Numbered from the stretch's first letter, positions 1-10,729 are shown. The stretch: DNA of 64,000 bases from an uncultured Verrucomicrobiae bacterium (GCA_963788655.1 CAWBHS010000081.1:64001-128000); one strand, 5' to 3'. Notes: generated by a model from the letters alone, not told the origin. Translations and numbers: made by a program.

Positions 1-3000
1 GGGAATGGCCGCCAGGATGCCACTGATATTGCTGATGCTCACCACTTGGTTATTGACCGTGCTATAACGATCGCCAATCAACAGGTCAATCCCGGCGTGG
101 CCGTTCAAAAGGTCGTTGCCATCGCCACCAATCAACAGATCGTTGCCCGAGCCGCCGTACAATTCGTCGTCGCCATCGCCGCCATCAAGGATGTCATCAT
201 CCCGACTGCCGCGGAGAATGTCGCGACCCGCACCCCCGATCAAATAGTCAATGCCGGCACCACCTTCGATGGTGTCGTTGCCGGCGCCGCCTTCGACATA
301 GTCATTACCTTTGCCCGCATCGATGGTGTCGTCACCCTCGTCGCCGTAAAGCTCGTCGTCGAGCGCGCTACCGGTGATTGTATCCCGCCCCGCACCGCCG
401 TAAATCGTGATACCCGCCGCCCCGGCCACCAGCGTGTCGTTGCCGGCGTCACCGTAAATCGTCACATTTGTCGCCGCATCGCTGGTGCTGGCGGTAATGG
501 TATCGTTGCCATCATTGCCATGCACAATCGAGCCGGTGCCGTCGCTCAGGAAGATCGTGTCATTGCCCACGCCCCCGTCGATTTCCACGGGGCTCTGCAC
601 GCCGCGGAGGTCAATGTAATCATCGCCTTGACCACCATCGGCTACGATCTTCGCCACGTGCTCGTAGGTGTCCTTGTAGTCACCCCAGCGGACTTCCACA
701 GTCTCATCCCCCGCCGTGCCATCCACGTGCGCCACGATGAAGGTTTCGGAACCGTCGCTGGTGTCAATCGCGCCGCGAGCACCCGCGTTCGGCCCCATGT
801 TCAACGTCAGGCTCGCGCCTTCGGTGGCCAGTTCGGGCTCAGGGCAGGTGATGTCAAACGAGAACAAGGTGATCTCAGCGAAACGCCAGGTTTTATCGAT
901 GCTGAAGAAGAAGAGATCCACACTCAGGAACGCTTCGAGGAAGAGTCCCAGTTCGCCGTGGATGTTAAAGATGCAGCGTGGATCGGTCTGGGCCAGGGCA
1001 ATGATTTCGCTGACGCGCACCTTACCGTCGTCATCCACGTCGTTCAGGTCGAAATCGATGGTGGCAAAGATGCCGCCGCGCACACCGGCTTCGACGATGA
1101 GCAAGTCAATCGAAGCGCCGGCGAAGATTTCCCCGCTCAGGGAAAGTTCCGGCTGGTCGTTGCCATTGGCGTCGAAGTCCAGCACATAGAACCCGTCGAG
1201 CAGATCGAGCACATTCTTGTCTTCGGACGCGATGAATTTCTGAATGCCGAAGGTATCGTAGCCAAACCCAATGTTGATGGTGGCGCCAATCCGGCCGCCA
1301 AACTGGGCGTAGAGCGGCGGGTAGATGGGAATCTTCTGGATGTAGGTGAACTCGAACTTGAAGGTCGGCATCCGCCATTCGATCAGCCGAACGGTGCCGC
1401 CGGTGAAGAGATTAAACAGCTCGGCCGGATTCTTGAAGATCGGAATGCTGAAATTGTCGAGACTGTTAACATCGCCCACAAATCCCGAGGTCTTGCTCTT
1501 GTAAGTCGAACTGGCGCCGGGGCCCCCGGCATTGTTGATGGCGTTGTTAAGCTCATCCGCGGTCTGGGCGGCAACCTCCTGGATGACCTGGATTTTGTTG
1601 CGGTTGCCGGTGCCGTCATCATTGAGCGTGAAGGAACCGAACGGAATCAGGATGCTGCCTTCGCCGATGCCATCCAATTCGTTGATGATGTTGATGACCT
1701 GGATCACGCTGTCGATGAACTTGACCGTGGACGGTTCCAACAAGCCGAAGGCTGCGGCCAGATCGAGCAACGTGATGGTTTCGCCAGCCAGATCGGACAG
1801 CACCGGCAGCCGGGCGGTGACGATATCAACGATCGGCTGAAGCGGTTCGGTGACCTTGCGGATTTGCTCCAGGATCGGACCCATGAAATCGGAGATGAAT
1901 GTCCCGAGATCAAGAGCCACATTGGTGAAAGCCACCGTGGGCGCACCCGCGCCGTTCTGCAGGTCCCAGGCCCAGTCGAGATGGAACTCCGCCACTACCC
2001 GCGGGAAGGAGGTGTTGCCGCCGAAGCTGGCAGCAAGATCAAGGTTAATGTCCGCGACCGCCTCGAGGTTCGCGTCCACGATGTCCTTGAAGGTCGTTCC
2101 GCTGGAAGTCATTTCGGCGAAGGTCAACTTGCCATCGCCGTTGGGATCACGCAGGTCCACCACAAATTGACCGGTGAAATGGCTGGGATCATCCGGATTG
2201 TCCGCCACGTCCAATTGGAGGAAGGCCAGGGTGCCTTTGGCCGCCAAGCCCGGAATGGTCGCTTCCAGATAGACGCGCAACTCGGGGTCAGCCGCGGTGG
2301 CCGATGAATCGAAGAAGAAACCGTCTTCCTTATTCAAGCCAAAGCCGAACTTGAGGTCAAAGCCCAACGCGAGGATCACGTTGCCTTCGACCGCCAGCCC
2401 GAAGCCCGGCACGCCAATGTCGAAATCAATGGGATTGGCAGAAGTATCCACCAGCGCCATGGACTTGGCCAGCCGCAGATTGACCACGAGTCCGGTATCG
2501 CAATCAAGGGTTACATCCAGTTGCTGGTAACCGAGCGACGGATCCAGGGCGTTGCTGGTAGCCGGATCCACCAGGATGTCCAGACCGTCCGGACCGAGCG
2601 TGTTCCAGAAGGCCTGCTTAATGGCGTTCTCGATGGCGGCAGTAGCGCTGCCGGCGGAATTGACCGCGTCGCGCAGATCGCGCAACAGACCGCTGCGGAA
2701 GTCACTGATGAAATTGGCGGCGCCGGCAAAGCCATTGCCAATCAGCGGCAACGAGGTGGAGTAAGCGACGTCTTCCAAACCGTCCTGAATGGTGCCGAGT
2801 AAGCTGTCGAGACCGTCAAGCAACACCCCCGCATGCTGGTCAATGATGTCGCAAACGCCCACGTCCTCGAACAGGCTGCTGATATCGGGCGCGATGAGAA
2901 TCAGCTTGGAAACCGTTACCGTGCCGGAGCCGTTGTTCGAGCCGCTGGGATCGTCATCAAGGAAGGAAACGGTCCAGTCACCACCACCGCCCAGGGCTTC

Positions 3001-6000
3001 CACCGCACTCTTGATCGAGGTGGCGGTGGAGGAACCGCTGTTGATTTGGATGGTCAGCGTGTTGTTGGCAAAGGCGGCATTGGCTGAGCTACCCACGCTG
3101 CCGTTCTGCTCGAATACGACTTTGAAGTTATCGGAGTCGCCGGCAACGTTGATGATTTCCAGATTGTTCAGCCCGCCCGGAATCCGCACGTCGGCCACGC
3201 CCATGTCTGCCTGGGTATCAACGAAAAGTCGCACCAAGTCGGGAATGTCGATAACGAGGTAGTTATCCGGGTAACCGTCGCCGTTTCCATCCGTCTCGTT
3301 ACCCAACGCGATTTCACTGGGACCAATTTTCGTGAAGACCGGCAGCACCGCGGAAACGCCGCCTTCCATGTGCAGGTCAATGTTGTCGAAATCAAACCAG
3401 TTTTCGGAGAAATAGTGGCGGCCATCGCCATTGTTGTCCCGCAGGCCCAACCGGAACAGGGCGCCTTTGTCACCGTCGCCGGCATCTGTCTCCGGATTGC
3501 CGTCCTGATCAATCGTCACACTGCCGTCGTGAACTACGATGCCCACAATGGCGCCCACCGCCGCACTGAACTCGATGTTGGAACCGAGCACCTTGGCCGT
3601 CAGCACCACACCGGTCGAGTCATAGAAAAACGGACGAGCCGTACTCGGATTGGTGAGGTCCAAGCCGAAGTCGAGCGTCAAAGCCGCACTGGCGCTAACC
3701 GTCAATTGCGCTTCGCCTTCTACCTGAATAAACGTAGTGACCGCATCGAGAAAATCGGCAATGCCGGAATCTTGTCCCGCCAGTTGCTTGACCAGTTTGT
3801 TCAAGTCGAGTTGCAGCGGGAACGTGTTGGCGTACGCGGTTGTGAAATCGAACGCAAATTTGAGCGAGGTCGTGGTAAACGTCCCGTCCCCGGTGTTACT
3901 GCCAAGCGTATTGTCATTGGTCACCTTGGTCGCCGTCCAAGGGTGGCCGGAAAGACCATTGATGGCAGTGATGACGGTGTTCGTGGTGGTGGTGCTGCCG
4001 TTGATCTCGATCTTCAGAATCTTATTGGTATCGTCCCAGGTAACCGTGGCGTTGTCGCCGGTGATCGTGGGGCTGCCGACGATCTGAATGTTCGTGGCGT
4101 TGAAGTCTTCCGCATCGGCCAGGTTGGTGTTGCTGATAATGAAGCCATTGTTCTCGCCGTCCGGATTGATCGTAGTGGTCGAGGCTGCGGAATTATTGAC
4201 GCCGCCGGTGGTGGTCAGGACTGTGGAGGCAATGCCGCCGTCGTCCAGCGAAATAGTCAGGATGTCAGGATTGAGATTGAACAGTTGCTCGATCTGCGTC
4301 TCCAGGTCATCGATCATGCTCTGCAACGACTGCGAGTTGGAATGGGCGGCGGCATCGATGAGATCGGCGAACTTGGACGCATAATCGATCATGTCATTGA
4401 TGCTGATATCAATGATCGGCAGGCGTTCATCGAGGAAGCTGAAGGCGCTCAATTGGCCGAGGTTGTCCGCGATGACCTTCAACGCCTGGATGATTTGAGC
4501 AAAGCTGATGTTCTGGAAATTATTCAGGTTCCCGAAGTCCGGATAGGTTAGGAAAATGCCGGTGTTCGTGCCGTCATAGGGATCCGAATTGTAGTCCAGA
4601 TGATTGATGTCCGGAATCCAGAGAGATACTTCCGGGTTGCTGCCCAGCGGGAACGAGAAGCCGAGGCCGCCAACGGAGATGTTGGGCAGGCGGGCCAGGA
4701 AACTGCCTTCGAAATTGGGACCCTCGATGAAGTTGCCGAGATTGGCGCTCTCAATGCCGTTCATCAGGTCGGCAATGTAGAACCGCGAGTCGCCGGTGGT
4801 TTGGTCAGCCAATCCGATACTGACGCTGATCGGGGCCGGCGTGGTGCCGTCATAGTCCAACGTGCCCAAACTGCCACCAGTGGTGGAGATTTCCACGAAG
4901 CCGAACCGCAGCGAACCGTTGATCGGCGTGGTGGTGGTGACTTCCAGCGAACCGGTCATTTGAACGTCCTCGACAAACAAGCCTTTGACGGTCGATTTCG
5001 CGGTAGTCTGAAAATAACTGGTGCCACCAATCTCCAGCGCCTCGGCGCCGAAGCCCAATTCGGTGGCGAAAATGTCGTCCTGCTCGGAGCGGATGGTGAG
5101 CTTGTTGATCAATCCCAGTTGATTGTCGAGGTTGCCATCGCCGTTCAGGTCTTCCACCCGGTCCAGCACGCCATCGCCATCCAGATCCTCCCCGGTGTCC
5201 AAGCGACCGTTGCCGTTGGTGTCTTCGTTCACCGTACCGAGCATGCCGTCGCCATCGTAGTCCTCATTGATCACGGAGATGGCCAGCCCGGTGCCAGCTT
5301 TTTGCGCGTAAAGCAACTGGTCAATGGCCGTGCTGTTGTAAGTGTTTTCTTTGAAGACTCGGTTCAGGTCCTTCGCCAAATCTACGAGGTTGTTGTTTGG
5401 CGTGAGATCCATCGGATCGGTGCCGTCCGTATAGGACTTGGGTAGCGTCAGGGCCACGGGCGTCAGGGCATTGTCAAAGAAGACTTCAAAGTGGGCATCT
5501 TCACTGATACGCCCGTTGGCCGGGGCCGGAATCAGGCTCGACGAGATGACGCGCGGCACTTCGCCGGCGCCGAGGTCAAAGCCCAAAGTGAACTGGAAGC
5601 TGACGGTGGCGGCAATGTTGAGTTCTCCACTCAAATCAGCACCAGCGATCGAGCCCAAGTCGCCACCGAAATCAAAGGGAAGCGTTGTCGAGTAGGTGGC
5701 GCCCTTATCCACCATGTAGGTGTAAACCTGCTGGGCTTCGTTATAAACCACCGACAGGCCAAGCAAATTGCCCAATTCCTCGAAGAACCCCGGCGTGTCG
5801 TAACGCTCGGTCACGATGCCCACCTGGTCCACCGTAGTATCGTCCGCATCGCCCGGTCCAAAGCCCAGCGCGTTGAATTCGGTATTGCCGGTAACCAGGC
5901 TCAACGTGGTATCGGTGGCGATCAGCGTCGGGGTCAGCGCCAGGACAAACAGGTCGTCATCCGGATTGGTCGTGTCACGTTCATTGATGCGCGCCACCAC

Positions 6001-9000
6001 ACTTCCGGCCAAGCCGGCGGTCATCAACGCGGTGTTGAACCGGGTGACGAGATCATTCCAGTCGCCATAGGCGCCGCTGACCGACACCGGCACCGGTGGA
6101 TCATCGCCGATTTTGAGTTGGAAGTCCGCGCTGCTCAGCGTGCCACTGCTGGTCGCGGTGAGACTGCGCGACTGCAACTCCACGCTGATCATGTTGCTGT
6201 AAATCTCGTCCAGGAACAGTTGTGACCAGTCCAGGAAATCGCCGACTGTCGAGCCACCGGTGAAGGGGATTTCGACGTTGAACACGTCGGCGCCCTTGAA
6301 AATGTCCATCCAGTTGAGCAGTTGCCGGAGCATCCCCACGAACTCGAACGGACCGGGAGCGGCAAAGTCGTCAAAGGACAAGCCGGTGGTGATGTTGCCG
6401 CTCGCATCAATCGAGAGCAGCAAAGAATTGTCGCCTTGGTTGCGGAATTCAACCGTACCGCTGCCGGTATCGACTTCCACCGTGAAGTTAAACGGCAAGG
6501 CCACCGAACCAATGTGCAGGTAGCCGTTGACGTAAATGCGCAGGTATTCGGTTTCGGTCAGATTGATGACGGTCGAACCGCTGGGGGTCGTCACCGTGGT
6601 GTTCACCGCGGCAGTGGTGGTATTCACTTCGAGGCTAATGTCGCCGCTCATACCCACCAATCCGACTTCAAACTCGACATCCGCTACCCCAGCCAGTCCT
6701 CCGTTGGAAATGACAAACGCGCCCGTGCCGTTGTTGAATGAGGCAACGGTCAGCGAACTCACCTTCAAATCGAACGTCAAATCCTCCGCTGCCACTTTGA
6801 AGGTGTTTGGATCGGCATCCGATTTCTCGAACCGGAACACACCGCTCAAGACGACAAATCCGGCCAGATCAATGTCCGCCGCACCAGCCACGGCAAGGTA
6901 ATCGTGATAGTAGGCGCCGGTAAATTCGATGGTCACGTCGTCTGCCGCATCGTCCGAGATGCTGACCGACAGCGGCCCCACATCCGCGCCCGTGCCATTG
7001 AATTCAATTCGCAACTCAGTCGCCGTGACGCTGATGCCCGTGGCGCCGCTCAGGCTGGCGGAATTCACCGTGACCACTCCGGCCACGCCGGCGGGGTAAA
7101 TCACCAAAGCTCCGGTGCCGCCGCTGACATCCAAACTCAGCACCCCAGCCGACAGCGTGCTGCTCAATCCGGCAACGCCGACGGTGATGTAATCCGGGTC
7201 CGGATCGGCATCCACCAAGGTCAGAACAATGGAATCCATCATGAAGGACTGCATCTGTCCCCCAATGTTGATGTCGATGCCAAACGGCGATCCAGGATCG
7301 TAACTCAGGCGATTGAACGGACCAGCAGGCAGGTCCAGTTGTTCGAGCAACTCATCGACCAGCGGCAAGGCCATGGTTTCCAGGCCATCGCCACCCGTCA
7401 GCGGCGCGGGACTGGTCGTGCCCGAACCGGGTCCCGGACCGGCGCCCACTTCCTCGTCAATGGGACTACCAGTGTTGTTGAACGACCAACTGAACGGCTG
7501 CGTGAAACTATTGTTAAAGGCTGAAACCGTGACATCAATGGATCCCTGACCAGCCATGCCCAGATCCGTGAACACGAACAGCGCCGTTCCGTTATTCGCG
7601 GTCAACAGGCTGGTGCCAAAGTCGAAGGCCACATTGCCGGCCCGGACGACTACCAATTGCGTGCCGCCGGTGCTCTCCCGCTGTTCGAAACTGAAATCGC
7701 CCGTAATGCTCACGCCAAACACGTCGAGCGTCACGCCGGTGCCTTGCACTTGGAGATACGGACCCGCCGGCACATCAAGGTGAATAGTGCTGCCGCCGAC
7801 ATCGACCATTTCGTCCACCGCATCCTCCGTGTCGTTAATGCGCACGGTAAACGAGCCGGAAAGAGATACGCCCGTCACATTGAGGGTCACGTCGGCCGAA
7901 GCCTGACCCGCAATGCCATCGCTGGTAATGATGAAGGCGCCCGCAACGTTGCTGATATTCAAGAGGTCGTTGGCAAGCGTACCGAGATCGAATTGGACGT
8001 TGCTGGCCGCCACGGTGACGACCTCCAAGCCGCCAGGACTGGTCGTTTTGCTCTCGAACACGAAATCGCCGGTCAACCCAATCCCGAGAACTGTCAACTG
8101 CGCTCCCGTGGCTTCCACTCGCAGGTACGGGCCGGCCGGCAGCGTTGGAATGCTCACCGACATACCGTTTACGTCCACCGTGCGCGCGGAAAAGATGGTG
8201 TTGGTGTCATTGAGCCGAACATGGAAGGTGCCGGTCAGGTTGAGCGCGGAGACATTCAACGCCACGGTCGCGGTGGTCGAACCGGCAACGCCTGCATCGG
8301 TGAAAACAAACGCGCCTGAACCATTGGTAACGGTCAGCAGTGCCGACGCGCCTTCGTCGAAAGTGAACTGCAAGTTGGCCACGCCCAGCAGAAATTCTTC
8401 GTCGCCGTTGGCGGGATTCGCATCGGTGTCGTTGGGTTCGAACACAAAATCGCCCGTTAAAGTCGCATTGGGCGTGGTCAAGACGATGCTGGCATTGCCG
8501 GAAAGACGGTAATACGGGCCGGCGGGCAAACTCACCGTTTCGCCGTCAATTGTCGAAACCGCTGTCGGTGAGGTGTTGAAGGCCAAGTTCAAGGTGGTGC
8601 CCGAAATATCGATGTTCGGCAGGTCCGGACCGGCGGTGATGGTCAAAGTGGCGGTTCCAGCCAGTTCATCGCCGAGAATGAGGAATTTGCCGCTGCCATT
8701 CTCCACCCGGAGGATGCGCGTGGAACTGCCGCCCACACCCAAGGTGGCTTCATACACCACGTCTTCCGCGAGGACGACGGTTTCAGTTGCCGTCTTCTTG
8801 AGCGTAAACACGCCTTCGAGCGTTTGGCCCAGGATTTCCATTGAGCCATCCACTTCAATCGTTAGATCCGGGTCGGTGCCGCTGAACAAATCGTCGGACT
8901 GGATGCGAACCGTGTGCGTTCCAGTGTAATTCACTACGAAGCCGGTCAACGCGCCGTCCAATACGAAGGAGGCATCCACCGTGCCGGCGTGAGTGAGGTT

Positions 9001-10596
9001 GAAAGCATCGCCGACATTGATGGTGCCGCTGGCGATGTCCGTAAGTGTTGATCGGGTAATTCGCCCGCTGGTGAGGACACTATCATCCGGGGTCGCCGTC
9101 ACCGAGGCATCAAAGGCCACCGACCAACTTGTAACGTCCAGGTTCAGCGGGGCGCCCGGCGGCGTGAGGTCGAAGGCAAACCCGCCCGTCCCGCTGGCGT
9201 CCACCGTGGCCCGAGCAGTCAGGTCTTGAATCTCGACGTAAGCGTCGGCGTCGTAGCCCAAGGTAAATTGAAATTCCAAGGTGCCCTTAATGTCCACCAT
9301 CGGGCTGGGATCAAACGCCGCATCCAAGACTGCGCCGGCGACATCGCTGAGCGCTTGGTTGAGGTGGGTCTGGGTCAGTTGCAGGTTGATGTCCCAGGAA
9401 AAAGGATCGGAGGCGTTCGTGCCATAATGGCCCAGGACACCGAGGATGGTAATTTCGAAACCAGCGACGGTCGTCCCGTCCCAACTTTCGATTTCACTGG
9501 TGACCTGTGATTGGTTCGGTAACAGAGCCAGAAGCGAGTTCAGTTGACCGCGAATGGCATCGTTGATTCCCTGGCCGGCATCGGCCCAAGCGCCAATCGT
9601 CGAGCCGATCAGTGGCAGGTCTTCAGCCAGTTCGCCGATCCCGTCCAAGCCATTGGCAATCTGCTGCAATTTGACCAACCCGTCTTGCAATGCCGTCTCT
9701 GCGGTCGGGACAATCGTGTGGGTGGAGACAACTTGAAGGGTTAGATCATTGGCGTTATAGACCGGAACAAAAGCCAATTCCGGATGGCCAGGGATACTGG
9801 TAGTGCCACGCCAATTGGCAAATTCACCGGTGCGTGAGCCCCAAGTGAAAATAACAAAAGTATCTCCGGCGGAAAGTGTTGGGCTGCCAATGACTTGAAT
9901 TTGAAGAGTGCCGTCAAGTTCGGCCAGACCGCTAATAACAAATTGATCGTGTCCCGTCGGGTCAATCCCGGGACCGTCCGTTCCTCCAATGCGAATCGTA
10001 GTAGTTTCACCAAGCTCCTGGCTGAAGGTCGTCAGATTTGTGACCGTAATGCCAACCGGGGCGCCTTGAGTTTCCAGAGCTGCTTCCAAGAGAGGGGAGG
10101 CAGACTCAAGCAGTCCGTCAGCAGGAGGTCCGTTGGCGCTGCGTAACGTCTGGGTCAATTGACCCGCCATGGAATCGGAAACGGGATTGAAATCGGGTTT
10201 GATCGTCGGCGGCAGTTCGTCCGCCTCGAACGGTTCGCTTGGCGACTGTTCGGTCTGGTTTTCAGTCGCTTCGTGTTCCGCATTTACCTTTTGCTCGAAT
10301 GTTCCAGGCTGTGACTCATTGTCACTCTCTGGTGCGGACGAGGATTCGCTGGAAGCAGGAGAGGAATCGGAAGAAACATCTTCAAAGATGTTCCCCAAAC
10401 TAGAGGCCGGATCGTAGTCAAGTTGCTCCTCATCAGCGTCAGAATTGGCAGGAGATTGCTCAGTCGTTTCGACGGGATCAAGGAGTTGGTCGGCCAGAAT
10501 GGCACCGGCACATGCGCCGGCAACGTCTGCGGAAAGCATGATTCGCGGCTCCAGAGCCTCGAGTTCGAATCGTCGTTTTGAGGTTTCGTGCTTCAC
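1..10596 (-). CDS. Giant LEPR-XLL-domain secreted protein with RTX (hemolysin-type Ca-binding) repeats, >3,500 aa, 3' end outside window
   Basis: GTG at 10596 gives MKHETSKRRFELEALEPRIMLSADVAG. No minus-strand ORF in the track ends in this frame, so it has no stop down to position 1. The long + strand ORFs at 46, 3370, 4600, 5491 etc. share its codon register (antisense shadows). GGxGxD repeats near 70-640. Confidence 0.93.
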   Translation of the reverse strand, partial: MKHETSKRRFELEALEPRIMLSADVAGACAGAILADQLLDPVETTEQSPANSDADEEQLDYDPASSLGNIFEDVSSDSSPASSESSSAPESDNESQPGTFEQKVNAEHEATENQTEQSPSEPFEADELPPTIKPDFNPVSDSMAGQLTQTLRSANGPPADGLLESASPLLEAALETQGAPVGITVTNLTTFSQELGETTTIRIGGTDGPGIDPTGHDQFVISGLAELDGTLQIQVIGSPTLSAGDTFVIFTWGSRTGEFANWRGTTSIPGHPELAFVPVYNANDLTLQVVSTHTIVPTAETALQDGLVKLQQIANGLDGIGELAEDLPLIGSTIGAWADAGQGINDAIRGQLNSLLALLPNQSQVTSEIESWDGTTVAGFEITILGVLGHYGTNASDPFSWDINLQLTQTHLNQALSDVAGAVLDAAFDPSPMVDIKGTLEFQFTLGYDADAYVEIQDLTARATVDASGTGGFAFDLTPPGAPLNLDVTSWSVAFDASVTATPDDSVLTSGRITRSTLTDIASGTINVGDAFNLTHAGTVDASFVLDGALTGFVVNYTGTHTVRIQSDDLFSGTDPDLTIEVDGSMEILGQTLEGVFTLKKTATETVVLAEDVVYEATLGVGGSSTRILRVENGSGKFLILGDELAGTATLTITAGPDLPNIDISGTTLNLAFNTSPTAVSTIDGETVSLPAGPYYRLSGNASIVLTTPNATLTGDFVFEPNDTDANPANGDEEFLLGVANLQFTFDEGASALLTVTNGSGAFVFTDAGVAGSTTATVALNVSALNLTGTFHVRLNDTNTIFSARTVDVNGMSVSIPTLPAGPYLRVEATGAQLTVLGIGLTGDFVFESKTTSPGGLEVVTVAASNVQFDLGTLANDLLNISNVAGAFIITSDGIAGQASADVTLNVTGVSLSGSFTVRINDTEDAVDEMVDVGGSTIHLDVPAGPYLQVQGTGVTLDVFGVSITGDFSFEQRESTGGTQLVVVRAGNVAFDFGTSLLTANNGTALFVFTDLGMAGQGSIDVTVSAFNNSFTQPFSWSFNNTGSPIDEEVGAGPGPGSGTTSPAPLTGGDGLETMALPLVDELLEQLDLPAGPFNRLSYDPGSPFGIDINIGGQMQSFMMDSIVLTLVDADPDPDYITVGVAGLSSTLSAGVLSLDVSGGTGALVIYPAGVAGVVTVNSASLSGATGISVTATELRIEFNGTGADVGPLSVSISDDAADDVTIEFTGAYYHDYLAVAGAADIDLAGFVVLSGVFRFEKSDADPNTFKVAAEDLTFDLKVSSLTVASFNNGTGAFVISNGGLAGVADVEFEVGLVGMSGDISLEVNTTTAAVNTTVTTPSGSTVINLTETEYLRIYVNGYLHIGSVALPFNFTVEVDTGSGTVEFRNQGDNSLLLSIDASGNITTGLSFDDFAAPGPFEFVGMLRQLLNWMDIFKGADVFNVEIPFTGGSTVGDFLDWSQLFLDEIYSNMISVELQSRSLTATSSGTLSSADFQLKIGDDPPVPVSVSGAYGDWNDLVTRFNTALMTAGLAGSVVARINERDTTNPDDDLFVLALTPTLIATDTTLSLVTGNTEFNALGFGPGDADDTTVDQVGIVTERYDTPGFFEELGNLLGLSVVYNEAQQVYTYMVDKGATYSTTLPFDFGGDLGSIAGADLSGELNIAATVSFQFTLGFDLGAGEVPRVISSSLIPAPANGRISEDAHFEVFFDNALTPVALTLPKSYTDGTDPMDLTPNNNLVDLAKDLNRVFKENTYNSTAIDQLLYAQKAGTGLAISVINEDYDGDGMLGTVNEDTNGNGRLDTGEDLDGDGVLDRVEDLNGDGNLDNQLGLINKLTIRSEQDDIFATELGFGAEALEIGGTSYFQTTAKSTVKGLFVEDVQMTGSLEVTTTTPINGSLRFGFVEISTTGGSLGTLDYDGTTPAPISVSIGLADQTTGDSRFYIADLMNGIESANLGNFIEGPNFEGSFLARLPNISVGGLGFSFPLGSNPEVSLWIPDINHLDYNSDPYDGTNTGIFLTYPDFGNLNNFQNISFAQIIQALKVIADNLGQLSAFSFLDERLPIIDISINDMIDYASKFADLIDAAAHSNSQSLQSMIDDLETQIEQLFNLNPDILTISLDDGGIASTVLTTTGGVNNSAASTTTINPDGENNGFIISNTNLADAEDFNATNIQIVGSPTITGDNATVTWDDTNKILKIEINGSTTTTNTVITAINGLSGHPWTATKVTNDNTLGSNTGDGTFTTTSLKFAFDFTTAYANTFPLQLDLNKLVKQLAGQDSGIADFLDAVTTFIQVEGEAQLTVSASAALTLDFGLDLTNPSTARPFFYDSTGVVLTAKVLGSNIEFSAAVGAIVGIVVHDGSVTIDQDGNPETDAGDGDKGALFRLGLRDNNGDGRHYFSENWFDFDNIDLHMEGGVSAVLPVFTKIGPSEIALGNETDGNGDGYPDNYLVIDIPDLVRLFVDTQADMGVADVRIPGGLNNLEIINVAGDSDNFKVVFEQNGSVGSSANAAFANNTLTIQINSGSSTATSIKSAVEALGGGGDWTVSFLDDDPSGSNNGSGTVTVSKLILIAPDISSLFEDVGVCDIIDQHAGVLLDGLDSLLGTIQDGLEDVAYSTSLPLIGNGFAGAANFISDFRSGLLRDLRDAVNSAGSATAAIENAIKQAFWNTLGPDGLDILVDPATSNALDPSLGYQQLDVTLDCDTGLVVNLRLAKSMALVDTSANPIDFDIGVPGFGLAVEGNVILALGFDLKFGFGLNKEDGFFFDSSATAADPELRVYLEATIPGLAAKGTLAFLQLDVADNPDDPSHFTGQFVVDLRDPNGDGKLTFAEMTSSGTTFKDIVDANLEAVADINLDLAASFGGNTSFPRVVAEFHLDWAWDLQNGAGAPTVAFTNVALDLGTFISDFMGPILEQIRKVTEPLQPIVDIVTARLPVLSDLAGETITLLDLAAAFGLLEPSTVKFIDSVIQVINIINELDGIGEGSILIPFGSFTLNDDGTGNRNKIQVIQEVAAQTADELNNAINNAGGPGASSTYKSKTSGFVGDVNSLDNFSIPIFKNPAELFNLFTGGTVRLIEWRMPTFKFEFTYIQKIPIYPPLYAQFGGRIGATINIGFGYDTFGIQKFIASEDKNVLDLLDGFYVLDFDANGNDQPELSLSGEIFAGASIDLLIVEAGVRGGIFATIDFDLNDVDDDGKVRVSEIIALAQTDPRCIFNIHGELGLFLEAFLSVDLFFFSIDKTWRFAEITLFSFDITCPEPELATEGASLTLNMGPNAGARGAIDTSDGSETFIVAHVDGTAGDETVEVRWGDYKDTYEHVAKIVADGGQGDDYIDLRGVQSPVEIDGGVGNDTIFLSDGTGSIVHGNDGNDTITASTSDAATNVTIYGDAGNDTLVAGAAGITIYGGAGRDTITGSALDDELYGDEGDDTIDAGKGNDYVEGGAGNDTIEGGAGIDYLIGGAGRDILRGSRDDDILDGGDGDDELYGGSGNDLLIGGDGNDLLNGHAGIDLLIGDRYSTVNNQVVSISNISGILAAIP
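70..640 (-). repeat. RTX nonapeptide repeat block inside the giant protein
   Basis: Translation reads GGQGDDYI, GGVGNDTI, GDAGNDTL, GGAGRDTI, GDEGDDTI, GGAGNDTI, GGAGIDYL, GGDGDDEL, GGSGNDLL, GGDGNDL. Confidence 0.9.
5115..5275 (-). repeat. Tandem DxDGDG-type Ca-binding loops inside the giant protein
   Basis: NEDYDGDGMLG, NEDTNGNGRLD, GEDLDGDGVLD, VEDLNGDGNLD (four copies). Confidence 0.8.
7680..8530 (-). repeat. About 125-130-aa tandem beta-rich modules inside the giant protein
   Basis: PAGPYYRLSG..LTGDFVFEP, PAGPYLRVEATG..LTGDFVFES and PAGPYLQVQGTG..ITGDFSFEQ spaced roughly 365-390 nt apart. Confidence 0.75.
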
Positions 10597-10700
10597 TGCT
10601 GATCCAATCAGTCAGGCCGTTCCACCCGCAGACTTGGCCACTTAAACTCAGTGAACAAATCATGTCCAGGGTAAACTTTATTTTTCCGCGAACGGGGAAA

Positions 10701-10729
10701 CCTATAATAAAGGATGGTTACTTTGTCAA
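10701..10729 (-). promoter_or_regulatory. Candidate sigma70 promoter for the giant gene
   Basis: Minus strand TTGACA-N17-TATAGG in an AT-rich tract about 105 nt upstream of the GTG; the -10 element is imperfect. Confidence 0.45.

Noticed and set aside
46..9736. Long + strand ORFs (46-2307, 3370-4551, 4600-5445, 5491-6225 etc.)
   Set aside because: They share the codon register of the giant minus-strand gene and read as V/I/D/G/R-rich antisense shadows.
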